A DNA stretch of 54,576 nucleotides from an uncultured Candidatus Saccharibacteria bacterium (GCA_964555185.1 CAZKRD010000005.1:1-54576); one strand, 5' to 3'. Positions 9,134 through 17,715 are shown, counted from the first letter of the stretch. Numbers and translations are program-made. Notes: generated by a model from the letters alone, not told the origin.

Positions 9134-10325
9134 TAGATTAGCCTGTGATCGTTTAGAAACAGGGGAGACGGGAATTTCCCTGGTAGTTGAGGGTTCGCTG
9201 GATTTGAATCAAGACGGCAGCCTTGTTTCCAATAGCCCTATTCAGATTGTTGATAGCCAAGAATATCTCGCTAAAACCAAAGAAGAAATCGACGAGCTTT
9301 ATCAAGAAGCAGGGCAGGACACGGGCGAGGGCTTAAGGATTGGTCCCTTGTTATCAGAAGGAGAAATTCAATCGCGCATTTTTTCGCCCTCTCTTTGGAT
9401 TGCAAAACAGATTGTCGCTTCTCTGGAAGCAGTACGGAACAGGATTGCCTTGTTTCCATTGGTTCCCAAAGCCCAAGCCCAAGGTCCGGGCCCGATCGTT
9501 AATATCGGAGGCAAGATAGAGGTTGAAACCCCTCCGCCGGGCGTAAAGGTTCTTGTTCTGTTTCATTTTCCAAAAGCCAGCGCGTTTAATATTCAAAACT
9601 TTGAATTGATTGGTCCAGACGGCCGCGCGGGTGAGAGTGACGCGGAAGAAAGTTGTGATGCCAAAGGAGCCGATGGCGGAGACGCGTTTCGTTTCTTTGC
9701 GCGGGCGTCGAACATCACTGTCAATAATTTTATCTTAAGGCTCGGTTATGGCGGGAGAGGGGGAGATGTTTTAATTGCTTTAGCAGGCAATGTCGGCCGG
9801 ACAGGTACTGCCATGGACCTTGGCGGCGATGGCGGCAACGTTAAAACAAACGGCGGCAATGGCTGTTACGAGGGATTTGGAGGCGAAGGCGGAAACGGCA
9901 ATCCTTCTGGCCAAGATGGGAGCAAGGGTGAAAATGTTTGCAAACTCCCCGAGAAGGAACCAAAGGTCACCCCAGAAACAGAACCCGGACCAGACGGGCA
10001 AGGCCTTTCCTTTACCTGCGGCGCAACCGCTGAAACAGTAGAGGGATTCGCGATGAACTATTTGACCGTGAAGGTAGCTGGTAATACCTACAGATTTCCT
10101 GAATTTACCTGCGCTGACAGTCAGAATTACAAGGTAGCCTGGTGCGATAAGGTGGAATCAATCCCGGCAGACAGAGCTCATGCCGAGGATTATGTAATAA
10201 ATTTGTTTTATGAAAATTCAGTGCCTTGCGAACCCTTGGCAGGATACGAAGCGAGCTGTGATCAGATGAAAGGAGCGTCGGGCATTATTTATGGCAACTG
10301 CTCGTATTTATCCACTGCTCCGTAA
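9108..10325 (+). CDS. Gly-rich extracytoplasmic protein, probably the continuation of 8861-9133 in the +1 frame
   Basis: Only a TTG start with no ATG for a long distance, and no signal peptide of its own. Gly-rich tract GGDGGNVKTNGGNGCYEGFGGEGGNGNPSGQDG. ISLVVEGSLD echoes LNIVIEGDG of the upstream ORF. Confidence 0.5.
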   Translation: MKETAEIASRLACDRLETGETGISLVVEGSLDLNQDGSLVSNSPIQIVDSQEYLAKTKEEIDELYQEAGQDTGEGLRIGPLLSEGEIQSRIFSPSLWIAKQIVASLEAVRNRIALFPLVPKAQAQGPGPIVNIGGKIEVETPPPGVKVLVLFHFPKASAFNIQNFELIGPDGRAGESDAEESCDAKGADGGDAFRFFARASNITVNNFILRLGYGGRGGDVLIALAGNVGRTGTAMDLGGDGGNVKTNGGNGCYEGFGGEGGNGNPSGQDGSKGENVCKLPEKEPKVTPETEPGPDGQGLSFTCGATAETVEGFAMNYLTVKVAGNTYRFPEFTCADSQNYKVAWCDKVESIPADRAHAEDYVINLFYENSVPCEPLAGYEASCDQMKGASGIIYGNCSYLSTAP

Positions 10326-10413
10326 TTTCAGTTTCAAACTTGTTGGTTTTTAGCAACAAATAAAAAGTTGCATAAATTAGTTTTAAAATATTTTTCAAAG
10401 AGTCAGTAAATTT

Positions 10414-10926
10414 ATGGATATAGAAAAAGTGATTAAGGAAAGGCGCAGTGTGCGCAGCTATCAAGATCGGGATCTAGAGAAAGAAAAGCTTGAGAAGGTT
10501 TTGGAGGCAGGGCGTTTAGCGCCTTCGGCTAAAAACCAGCAGGCCTGGAAATTCGTGGTGGTCCAAGATAAAGCTACCCGTCAGGCCCTAGCCGAGGCCG
10601 CAGCCGGCCAAGATTTTGTCTGCGAAGCACCGGTGGTAATCGCGGCTGTTGCCCTCGATCCGGAAAGGATAATGAGCTGCGGAGTTCCCGCTTACGCGGT
10701 TGATCTCGCGATCGCGGTTGACCATATGAGCCTGCAGGCAGCGGCTTTGGGTTTGGGCACTTGCTGGATCGGCGCTTTCGAGCAGGAAAGAGTGAAGGAG
10801 ATTTTAAGGATTCCTGTTCAAGCGAAGGTAGTTTCGCTTTTGCCTTTGGGTTATCCCGCGGATTCTCCCAGGCCCAAAAACCGCAAAGCCTTAGGAGAAA
10901 TTGTTTGTTTTGACAGTTTTAAATAA
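10414..10926 (+). CDS. Nitroreductase-family protein
   Basis: RRSVRSYQDRDL...LEAGRLAPSAKNQQAWKFVVV and GTCWIGAF. The gene is visibly more GC-rich than its neighbours. Confidence 0.85.
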   Translation: MDIEKVIKERRSVRSYQDRDLEKEKLEKVLEAGRLAPSAKNQQAWKFVVVQDKATRQALAEAAAGQDFVCEAPVVIAAVALDPERIMSCGVPAYAVDLAIAVDHMSLQAAALGLGTCWIGAFEQERVKEILRIPVQAKVVSLLPLGYPADSPRPKNRKALGEIVCFDSFK

Positions 10927-10940
10927 AAATAAAAGATCAA

Positions 10941-10970
10941 GACCGGCTTCGAAGCCCTCGGGACCTGGCC
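10941..10970. repeat. GC-rich island with a 12-nt perfect palindrome
   Basis: GACCGGCTTCGAAGCCCTCGGGACCTGGCC. GGCTTCGAAGCC (10945-10956) is self-complementary. Confidence 0.5.
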
Positions 10971-10976
10971 AATAAA

Positions 10977-11005
10977 ATAATCGCTAAATTTAGCGATTAT
11001 TTTTT
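10977..11005. terminator. Bidirectional terminator
   Basis: ATAATCGCTA (10977-10986) and TAGCGATTAT (10991-11000) form a 10-bp stem flanked by an A-run and a T-run, between convergent genes. Confidence 0.75.
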
Positions 11006-11038
11006 AATACCTTGGATTGGAATCGAACTTCTGAACTT

Positions 11039-13039
11039 TTAATCTCCGGCACTGCAATCTTTTGGGCAATTACTTTTATTCTCTCCCAAATCCGGCTCGC
11101 AGAGATTATTTCCACAGACAACTTCTCCCGAGGGCGGGAGTTCGCGATCAGAATTATCTAAGTCAGAAGAGTCTTCTGGGATTTGACCCTGATCAACAGC
11201 AGGTATGAGGTTTTTTTGAAAATTCACAAAAATCATTACTCCGCTCGCGATAATGCCAATTAATATTATTCCCCCAATCAGCCAAATCCATCGTTTCTTA
11301 AATTTCCAAAATAAGATTAGAGTTAAGATCAAAATCGCTCCAAACCCAATTGAAAGCCAGATTCCTTTTCTTTGGAAGAATAAGAATAGAATGTTTTGAG
11401 AACCAATCTCGTCTTTTCTTTCTGCTCGGTTCATCATCTCTTCCTGGGGCGGCGGTTCAATAATTTGATCACAGGAGAAAACATAGTTCTCGTCCTTTCC
11501 AACAAGAGTTTCAAAGAAATAGACTGAACCACTGGTTCCAGCGGCAAGGTATTGGCTGTTTCCGGAAATATCTAATTCTCCGACGTATTCATTCAACTCA
11601 ATTTCTGCTCTGGGGGCTAAAGAATTTTTTTCAAAGATATGGACTTTTTTATCTGTTCCGCCAACCGCAATAAAAGAGCCGTCGTCCGCAATGTCCATTG
11701 TCCCCAGGGACGCGCTGACTTGCCAAGAGGAAATTGGCTGATTCGAATCTTTGGAAAAGATGTAGGCATGACCCCCAAAGGTAGCAGCGCCGATAAATCT
11801 GCCGTCAGGAGTAAGGCCCAAGGCGCGGAAAGATTGTTCTTGAGGCGCGCTAAATTTCCAGAGGGGTTGATTGGATTCTCGACTAAAGAGAAACACTGCG
11901 CCGCCGTCAGACTCCGCGCCAAAGGAAGCTAAACTGCCATCGGCAGAGATCTTCGCCTGGTGCACGGGAGAATCTCGGGTCAGCATTTCACTGCGCATTA
12001 GAGGGTTATTGGAGTTTTTAGCAAAGATATAGGCCCTGCGATCCGGACAGCCAGTAGCGCCCGTGATAAAGCTGCCGTCAGAAGACAAAGAAACATCATG
12101 AAAATTTCCTGAAGCATGATATTGCCACAAGGGCTCCTTGCTTTCCACGCTCCAGAGGATCAGGAGGTTAGAGTTGAGATTGTCTGCTTCGCCGGCCGTG
12201 GCCGCAGCCACATATTCTCCACCCGGGGCAATGGCAACATTATAGGCATTCTCGCCGCCATCGTACTGCCAGATTGGTTTATTGGAATTTTTATTAAACA
12301 GAATTTTTTGATCACCAAAAGCGGCAAAGATTAAGCCCCCATCTTGCGAAATGTCTATGCCGCCCTTCACATCGCCTTGGGCCATTCTGATTCCAGACTG
12401 ATAGATCCATTTGGGCTCTCTGCTTTTTGTCTCAAATAAATAGATCCCGCCAGAGGTCTGTACTGCAAGATGCTGACCGTCTTGAGATAAAGCCACGCCC
12501 CCGACCCATTCTTTTTCTACGGAGTATCGCCAGATGACATTCCCCGAAGCAGGGTCAATCAAGACAATTTCGTTTTGATCAAAAGCAGATTCAAAAAGGA
12601 CAGGTCCGTTATCAGGCGAGTCAATGATGCTGTCTCGGGCTTTGCCTTGGCCGTTTGAAGCCTCGAAAAAATAAAAATTGGAGCCTAATTTTTGAGGAAC
12701 AAATTTGTAGATATATTTTACCCCTTTCTTGTAGTTGTTGTCCTCGGGGTTTTCTTTTTCGATATCGATCCAATCGCCATTAAAATAGATCCGCACATAT
12801 TCAGGCGGCTGGCCTTCCTTGTCTTGGTAAATAACAGAGTAGGTGTAACGTTGACAAACCGGGCCCCAGAAGGGATAAACATGACCCTCGTACAGAATTG
12901 GATCGTCGGGAGTCGGAGTAATTTTCGGAATTGTTCGGCCGGGAGCGTCATCCCATAATGGCTTTGCTTCTGCTAAAGCAAAAGACGGTAGCAATAACAC
13001 AAAAACAGCGGCCAAGATAGTCAAAGCTATTTTTTTCAT
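11039..13039 (-). CDS. Secreted beta-propeller (WD40/PQQ-like) protein with two C-terminal TMs and a Cys-rich tail
   Basis: Signal peptide MKKIALTILAAVFVLLLPSFALA. Repeated ...DGs.ia.g....v.if... blades. TMs IWLSIGFGAILILTLILFW and WLIGGIILIGIIASGVMIFV. Tail VCGNNLCEPDLGENKSNCPKDCSAGD. Confidence 0.7.
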   Translation of the reverse strand: MKKIALTILAAVFVLLLPSFALAEAKPLWDDAPGRTIPKITPTPDDPILYEGHVYPFWGPVCQRYTYSVIYQDKEGQPPEYVRIYFNGDWIDIEKENPEDNNYKKGVKYIYKFVPQKLGSNFYFFEASNGQGKARDSIIDSPDNGPVLFESAFDQNEIVLIDPASGNVIWRYSVEKEWVGGVALSQDGQHLAVQTSGGIYLFETKSREPKWIYQSGIRMAQGDVKGGIDISQDGGLIFAAFGDQKILFNKNSNKPIWQYDGGENAYNVAIAPGGEYVAAATAGEADNLNSNLLILWSVESKEPLWQYHASGNFHDVSLSSDGSFITGATGCPDRRAYIFAKNSNNPLMRSEMLTRDSPVHQAKISADGSLASFGAESDGGAVFLFSRESNQPLWKFSAPQEQSFRALGLTPDGRFIGAATFGGHAYIFSKDSNQPISSWQVSASLGTMDIADDGSFIAVGGTDKKVHIFEKNSLAPRAEIELNEYVGELDISGNSQYLAAGTSGSVYFFETLVGKDENYVFSCDQIIEPPPQEEMMNRAERKDEIGSQNILFLFFQRKGIWLSIGFGAILILTLILFWKFKKRWIWLIGGIILIGIIASGVMIFVNFQKNLIPAVDQGQIPEDSSDLDNSDRELPPSGEVVCGNNLCEPDLGENKSNCPKDCSAGD

Positions 13040-13140
13040 TTTAAATGTTGTGATTTTTATTTATTTTTCAATTTATCTTCTTTTAGGGTATTATAACAGA
13101 ATGGATGCGGACTAACCAGAAAACAACAGCAAGTTTTTAA

Positions 13141-13162
13141 GAGTTGTCTTCCAAGACAACTC
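13141..13162. promoter_or_regulatory. Perfect 22-bp palindrome (candidate operator)
   Basis: GAGTTGTCTTCCAAGACAACTC lies in the divergent spacer, 18 nt upstream of a predicted -35 box. Confidence 0.4.
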
Positions 13163-13179
13163 ATTTTTGATTTATTCGG

Positions 13180-13208
13180 TTTACAATTAGATCTAATTCG
13201 AGTAGAAT
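13180..13208 (+). promoter_or_regulatory. Sigma70-like promoter, apparently leaderless
   Basis: TTTACA (13180-13185), 17-nt spacer, TAGAAT (13203-13208). ATG 13215 begins 6 nt after the -10 box and there is no SD. Confidence 0.4.
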
Positions 13209-13214
13209 GAGTTA

Positions 13215-13814
13215 ATGCAGCAAAAACAGGTTCAAAAATTAGTTTCTTTCTTTTTTGAGATCGGGAATCTGCGCAAGATAATCAGAGCCCACCAGCAGAC
13301 CCTGCTTTCTTTTGATCTTTCGGATACAATCGCTTCCCATTCATTTCGGGTTACCTTTATCGGCTATTTTTTAGCTAAAGAGATGAAGGCTGATGTTGAT
13401 CGGGTTTTGAAGATGTGCCTTTTACATGATCTTGAGGAAGCAAGATCATCTGATCATAATTGGGTTCACAAGAAGTATGTGAAGGTTTTTGACGAAGAGA
13501 TCAGGCGTGATCAATTCCGAGGCCTTCCTGGTTTTCATGAACTAACTAAGCTTGGCAGGGAATATGAAGCAAGAAAGACCCTGGAGGCCAAGATTGCCAA
13601 AGACGCTGATCTCCTGGATGAAATTTTTCTTTTGAGAGAATATGCCTGGCAGGGGAATAAGGAAGCCCAAACCTGGCTTAAAGGATCGAAGATAGAAAAT
13701 GAGCAGGAAAAGATGATGTCAACAAAGCTTGCCAAGAAGCTTGCCCGCGAGGCAAAAAAACAAGCCCCGAGTTTTTGGTGGCGAAACATCTGGACAGCGA
13801 AAAGAAGAAAATAA
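13215..13814 (+). CDS. HD-domain phosphohydrolase (YfbR-like 5'-nucleotidase family)
   Basis: HSFRVTFIGYFLA ... CLLHDLEEARSSD (H...HD...D metal motif). Confidence 0.75.
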   Translation: MQQKQVQKLVSFFFEIGNLRKIIRAHQQTLLSFDLSDTIASHSFRVTFIGYFLAKEMKADVDRVLKMCLLHDLEEARSSDHNWVHKKYVKVFDEEIRRDQFRGLPGFHELTKLGREYEARKTLEAKIAKDADLLDEIFLLREYAWQGNKEAQTWLKGSKIENEQEKMMSTKLAKKLAREAKKQAPSFWWRNIWTAKRRK

Positions 13815-13953
13815 AAGAGAGAGTTGATTTTTTTATTGCGACATTTTATAATATACGAGAGGAGGGTTAACTCCTTATTTTTTATTGTGGCGAAAGCGGT
13901 TGTGAACTGGGTTTGCATTCAGGTGGTAGCAAAGAAAGAACCAGAAAGGAGAG

Positions 13954-15027
13954 ATGATAAGGATGGGTCTTAAACAGGAGAATGGTATTTGGCTTTTTTT
14001 GGATAACGAAGGGCCGCAGACAAAAAACGACAATGCTCAAGAAAATACGGTAGCACTGGCAAAACGATGTGGCCTGGGAGAGAAGGTTGGCATTGCTTTT
14101 TACCAAAGATTAAGCGTTATCGACGACATCTGGGGAGATTATGGTAAACTTGCCGATATAGACCCGGAGTACTCGGCTGGCCATACCCTCAAGGTAGTCT
14201 TGCCTTTTTATAAGGCGATGGATGCAACATCCCTTTGGCTGTCTGGGTTCGCAAAGCAGAGCCTTCGGGTCGTGCCCCACATCGAAACTGTATTGGCTAG
14301 CCTGACTGCCCAATACAATGTCTGGCAGATCTCCACCAGTTACGAGTTTTTTATCCGGGCATTCTGTGAGGCGGTTGGTTTTGATTTCAACCGGGCGCGT
14401 TGTACTTTTGTGAAAGGATTTGACGAGATCCCGATCACGCCAGGAGAGAAAAAGTTACTTCTTGATTTTATGCGAGAGGTTGCTCAAATGCCTCTGATTG
14501 AATATGATCAGGAAACTGGTGAAGTGGCCGAAGAGCACCGAGACAATTATAATCGTTTCACAAGCTTCATCTGGGAGATGGTCTATCATATGTCGGTGGG
14601 GAAGTTGTTGCGAACAGTTCATCCAGTAGGCCAGGCCCAAAAAAAGGAGGCAGTTGAAAAGATTAGTCAGGAAGGCAGGGCAGAGGAGAGAGGAATAATG
14701 TATGTCGGTGACAGCCAAACCGACGTCGAGGTTGTCAAATGGGTTGCCCAAGAGGGCCTAACGATGATGTTTAATGGCAAGGGTCCAGTTTTCGGCTTAT
14801 CTGACATCGCTTATATCGGGACGAGCGCTCAGGCGATTTTAGAGGTTGCCGCGGTCTTTGCGATGGGCGGTCGAAGAGCAGTGCTTGAACATTATCGCAT
14901 TCCCAGAGAACCAGTATATGGTGGTTGGCTGGCCGCGATCACGCCAGAGAACAAAGAAGAGCTCGAGAAGAAGAGCGTGGCAATGCGGAGGCAATTTCGC
15001 GGTGTCGCAATCGGAGAACTGACTTGA
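13954..15027 (+). CDS. Hypothetical protein with HAD-like motifs
   Basis: N-terminal FLDNEGPQTKNDNAQE (atypical motif I, D-x-E) and MYVGDSQTDVE (GDxxxD motif IV). From memory it resembles archaeal EhaR-type HAD-like proteins. Not verified. Confidence 0.5.
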   Translation: MIRMGLKQENGIWLFLDNEGPQTKNDNAQENTVALAKRCGLGEKVGIAFYQRLSVIDDIWGDYGKLADIDPEYSAGHTLKVVLPFYKAMDATSLWLSGFAKQSLRVVPHIETVLASLTAQYNVWQISTSYEFFIRAFCEAVGFDFNRARCTFVKGFDEIPITPGEKKLLLDFMREVAQMPLIEYDQETGEVAEEHRDNYNRFTSFIWEMVYHMSVGKLLRTVHPVGQAQKKEAVEKISQEGRAEERGIMYVGDSQTDVEVVKWVAQEGLTMMFNGKGPVFGLSDIAYIGTSAQAILEVAAVFAMGGRRAVLEHYRIPREPVYGGWLAAITPENKEELEKKSVAMRRQFRGVAIGELT

Positions 15028-15054
15028 GAGAGACATAATCGCTTATAGAGTTAG

Positions 15055-15086
15055 ACCAGCATCATAAATTTTTGCTGGTTTTTTTA
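15055..15086 (+). terminator. Rho-independent terminator
   Basis: ACCAGCA (15055-15061) and TGCTGGT (15073-15079) form the stem, followed by a T-run. Confidence 0.75.
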
Positions 15087-15139
15087 TTTCTTGGATTTGG
15101 ATTCGAGATCCATGTTATAATGAAAGAAAGATCAAAATT

Positions 15140-15715
15140 ATGCAAATAGAATACGAAGCTACATTTACAGATATTAATAAAGAAGAGGTTAGGAAGAAGC
15201 TGAAGAAGGTGGAGGCTCGGCTTGTCCGCCCAGAATTTTTACAAAAGAGAATTACTTTTAATCTGCCAAAAGGTTATAGCGCGCCTGACCGCTGGGTGCG
15301 GGTCAGGGAAGAGTATGATAAGGTAACCATGAGCCTCAAAATTGTTGATGGAAAAAAAATTGAGAACCAAAAAGAAATTTGCTTTGAAGTGGGTGATTTG
15401 AAGCGGGCAGAAGAGTTTTTAGCCATCTTGGGTTGTCAAAGAAAATCTTATCAGGAAAATAAGCGAGAGATTTGGCAGGCGGATAAAGTGGAAATTACGA
15501 TTGATGAGTGGCCGTTTTTAGAACCTTTTGTTGAGATTGAGGGGAGGTCAGAGCGAGAGGTCAAAGCGGTCGCTGTAAAACCCGGGTTTGATTACGGGAA
15601 GGCAAGATTTTGCTCGATCACAACCTTATACGCGGAAAAGTACAATTTATCCGAAGATTTTATTAACAATAAAGTGCCTAAGATAATTTTTGAGATGGAG
15701 AATCCTTTCTTATGA
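15140..15715 (+). CDS. CYTH-domain protein (CyaB/ThTPase-like triphosphate tunnel enzyme)
   Basis: N-terminal IEYEATF (the ExExK-type start of CYTH). Size about 190 aa. Alternating charged beta strands. Confidence 0.7.
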   Translation: MQIEYEATFTDINKEEVRKKLKKVEARLVRPEFLQKRITFNLPKGYSAPDRWVRVREEYDKVTMSLKIVDGKKIENQKEICFEVGDLKRAEEFLAILGCQRKSYQENKREIWQADKVEITIDEWPFLEPFVEIEGRSEREVKAVAVKPGFDYGKARFCSITTLYAEKYNLSEDFINNKVPKIIFEMENPFL

Positions 15716-16539
15716 ATTTTGATTATCCGATTATTGACCTACATACTCATCTGCGGAATGACATTGCTCAATATACCAAAGTCGCTCAACAAAGCGGCAT
15801 TAATCTAGTTGTTTACATGGCTAATTCTGATCCTCCCTTAGACAGTCTTAGAAGAATTAAAGATTCATTAAAAAAGAAAAGACATTGTCAGGCATTACCA
15901 GTGAGCGCAATCACGAAAGGATTGAAGGGTAAGGAGTTGGTGGATATAGATAAGATCAAACCTTTCGTAGTGGGTTTTAGTGATGATGGTAGTTATTTAG
16001 AAAACATGGGGTTGTTACGGGAAATATTGAAGAAAAAAGTTCTAGTGATCGCCCATTGCAGTCCTTCTTATCAAGAAGGACTTAAAGATTCGACTCTTGA
16101 AACAGAACTGATTAAAAAATACCTTAATGTTTTAAAAGAAACAGGAGGCAGATTGCATATTCAGCATGTGAGCAAGAAGAGCAGTATTGCTTTAATTAGA
16201 AAAGCAAAAAGACAAAAAATGGAAGTGACCTGTGAGACTTGTCCGCATTATTTTTCTTATACTAAACAAGATCTGGAGGTTAAGGTTAATCCTCCTCTAG
16301 GTTTGGAGCAAGATGTTACGGCCTTAAAGCAAGGCTTAGCTGATGGTACGATTGATGTGATTGCGAGTGATTATGCTCCACTTCCTCGCAAGACAGGCAT
16401 TGCTGGTTTTAAGTCTTTTTTGCCTCTTGCCTATGGCTTAGTTCTTCTTGGGGTATTGAATAGAAAACAGCTCAGAGAGAAACTATACACAAATCCTAAA
16501 AAGATTATTGAGAGTGGGGGTTATAAGATTAAAATTTAA
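15712..16539 (+). CDS. Short dihydroorotase-like amidohydrolase
   Basis: IIDLHTHLR, FSDDGS, VIAHCSP, LHIQHVSKK, CETCPHYF, VNPPLG and IDVIASDYAP follow the type I DHOase motif order. The protein is only 275 aa, and DYAP replaces DHAP. The start overlaps the CYTH stop (ATGA). Confidence 0.7.
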   Translation: MNFDYPIIDLHTHLRNDIAQYTKVAQQSGINLVVYMANSDPPLDSLRRIKDSLKKKRHCQALPVSAITKGLKGKELVDIDKIKPFVVGFSDDGSYLENMGLLREILKKKVLVIAHCSPSYQEGLKDSTLETELIKKYLNVLKETGGRLHIQHVSKKSSIALIRKAKRQKMEVTCETCPHYFSYTKQDLEVKVNPPLGLEQDVTALKQGLADGTIDVIASDYAPLPRKTGIAGFKSFLPLAYGLVLLGVLNRKQLREKLYTNPKKIIESGGYKIKI

Positions 16540-16544
16540 ATCAT

Positions 16545-17132
16545 ATGGCTAAAATCAAAATTTTAGTTCAAGGTTATGCACGGGAACAAAAGGGGGTTGA
16601 ATTTGCGTCTTCTACTGCTATTTTGATTCGAGAAGGCGGGTTGAATATTATTGTTGATCCGGGTATGGATCGAAAATTATTATTAAAGAATTTGAAGAAA
16701 GAGGGCTTGTCTCCAGATCAAATAGATTATGTTGTTTTAAGCCATTATCATCTTGATCATTCTCTTTTAACAGGAATTTTTACCAATGCAAAGGTTTTCG
16801 ATGATAATGAGGTATATTCTTTTGATGGGAGAATAAAAGAATACGGTGGAAAAGTTCCCGGGACTGATATTAAAATATTCAAGACTCCAGGCCATGATCC
16901 TTTTCACTGTTCTGTTTTAATTGAGACCGAAAAGTTTGGCAGAGTGGTGATTGCCGGCGATGTTTTTTGGTGGAGAGATCAAGAAGAGCAAAAATTTGAC
17001 CAAAATAGTCTAATTGAGCATCAAGATCCATATGTTAAGGATTGGGATGCATTAAAGCAAAGCAGAAAAAAGGTTTTGAGTCTTGCAGACTATATTATCC
17101 CAGGGCATGGGAAGGTGTTTAAAGTGAAATGA
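16545..17132 (+). CDS. MBL-fold metallo-hydrolase
   Basis: VVLSHYHLDHS (HxHxDH) and a later PGHD/PGHG. Confidence 0.8.
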   Translation: MAKIKILVQGYAREQKGVEFASSTAILIREGGLNIIVDPGMDRKLLLKNLKKEGLSPDQIDYVVLSHYHLDHSLLTGIFTNAKVFDDNEVYSFDGRIKEYGGKVPGTDIKIFKTPGHDPFHCSVLIETEKFGRVVIAGDVFWWRDQEEQKFDQNSLIEHQDPYVKDWDALKQSRKKVLSLADYIIPGHGKVFKVK

Positions 17133-17195
17133 ATAGAAGATTGTCACAAAAAATCCCCCAAATGTTTTTTGGAGGATTTTTGTTTGTGAGCGAAA

Positions 17196-17381
17196 CTATT
17201 TTTTTTGGAAATAGTCGCAGTGACCATTCGGGGCGGCTTCGCCAAAGGCCTCTAGAGCTTGCTTAAAGGTTTTGTCTGGCGGGACGCAAGCTGTTTTGCC
17301 CTCTTTTTTTTGGAAGGATTTGCAGTTTTTGCACCGGGTCGCTTCCTCTTTCCAATCCGTGACATAGTTAACATCAGCCAT
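17196..17381 (-). CDS. Small Cys4 protein, HiPIP-like
   Basis: Spacing C17-x2-C20-x11-C32-x22-C55. RCKNCKSFQ and NGHCDYFQKK resemble the HiPIP cluster-binding segments (CANCQF ... GWCxxW). No signal peptide. Confidence 0.4.
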   Translation of the reverse strand: MADVNYVTDWKEEATRCKNCKSFQKKEGKTACVPPDKTFKQALEAFGEAAPNGHCDYFQKK

Positions 17382-17402
17382 AGATTTTTGTTAATTCTAG
17401 AA

Positions 17403-17618
17403 TTAATCTTTGGTTAACTTTTCAAGAAAACCATTAATCGCGTCTGCTTTGAGCAGATTGATTCCTTGTCCGTCGTTTCTCTTTAAGACAATCAGTTTAT
17501 CGCCCTGTTTGATTTGAAGTTCGCGGCGGAGCTCAATCGGGATCGCGATTTGGCCTTTGTTGGTGACCGTAATCAGGCCAAAGAATTTTTTTCTCTTTTT
17601 ACAGATTCCTTTCTCCAT
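17403..17618 (-). CDS. AbrB/SpoVT/MazE-type DNA-binding protein
   Basis: ITVTNKGQIAIPIELRRELQIKQGDKLIVL matches the swapped-hairpin AbrB domain. Confidence 0.8.
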   Translation of the reverse strand: MEKGICKKRKKFFGLITVTNKGQIAIPIELRRELQIKQGDKLIVLKRNDGQGINLLKADAINGFLEKLTKD

Positions 17619-17635
17619 GATTTTAATTTAAGATA

Positions 17636-17662
17636 AGTAAGATATTACATTCTTATCTTACT
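17636..17662. promoter_or_regulatory. 9-bp perfect inverted repeat (candidate AbrB-type operator)
   Basis: AGTAAGATA (17636-17644), 9-nt spacer, TATCTTACT (17654-17662). It lies 18-44 nt upstream of the AbrB-like start codon. Confidence 0.45.
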
Positions 17663-17715
17663 ATAGGTAAAAAAGATGTCAAGTTTAAAATTTCTTTAGG
17701 GTCTTGTAATTTATT

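Noticed and set aside
11617-11932. Overlapping listed ORFs on both strands inside the 11039-13039 gene
   Set aside because: They lie embedded in a long, repeat-structured beta-propeller CDS. They are short and show no motifs.
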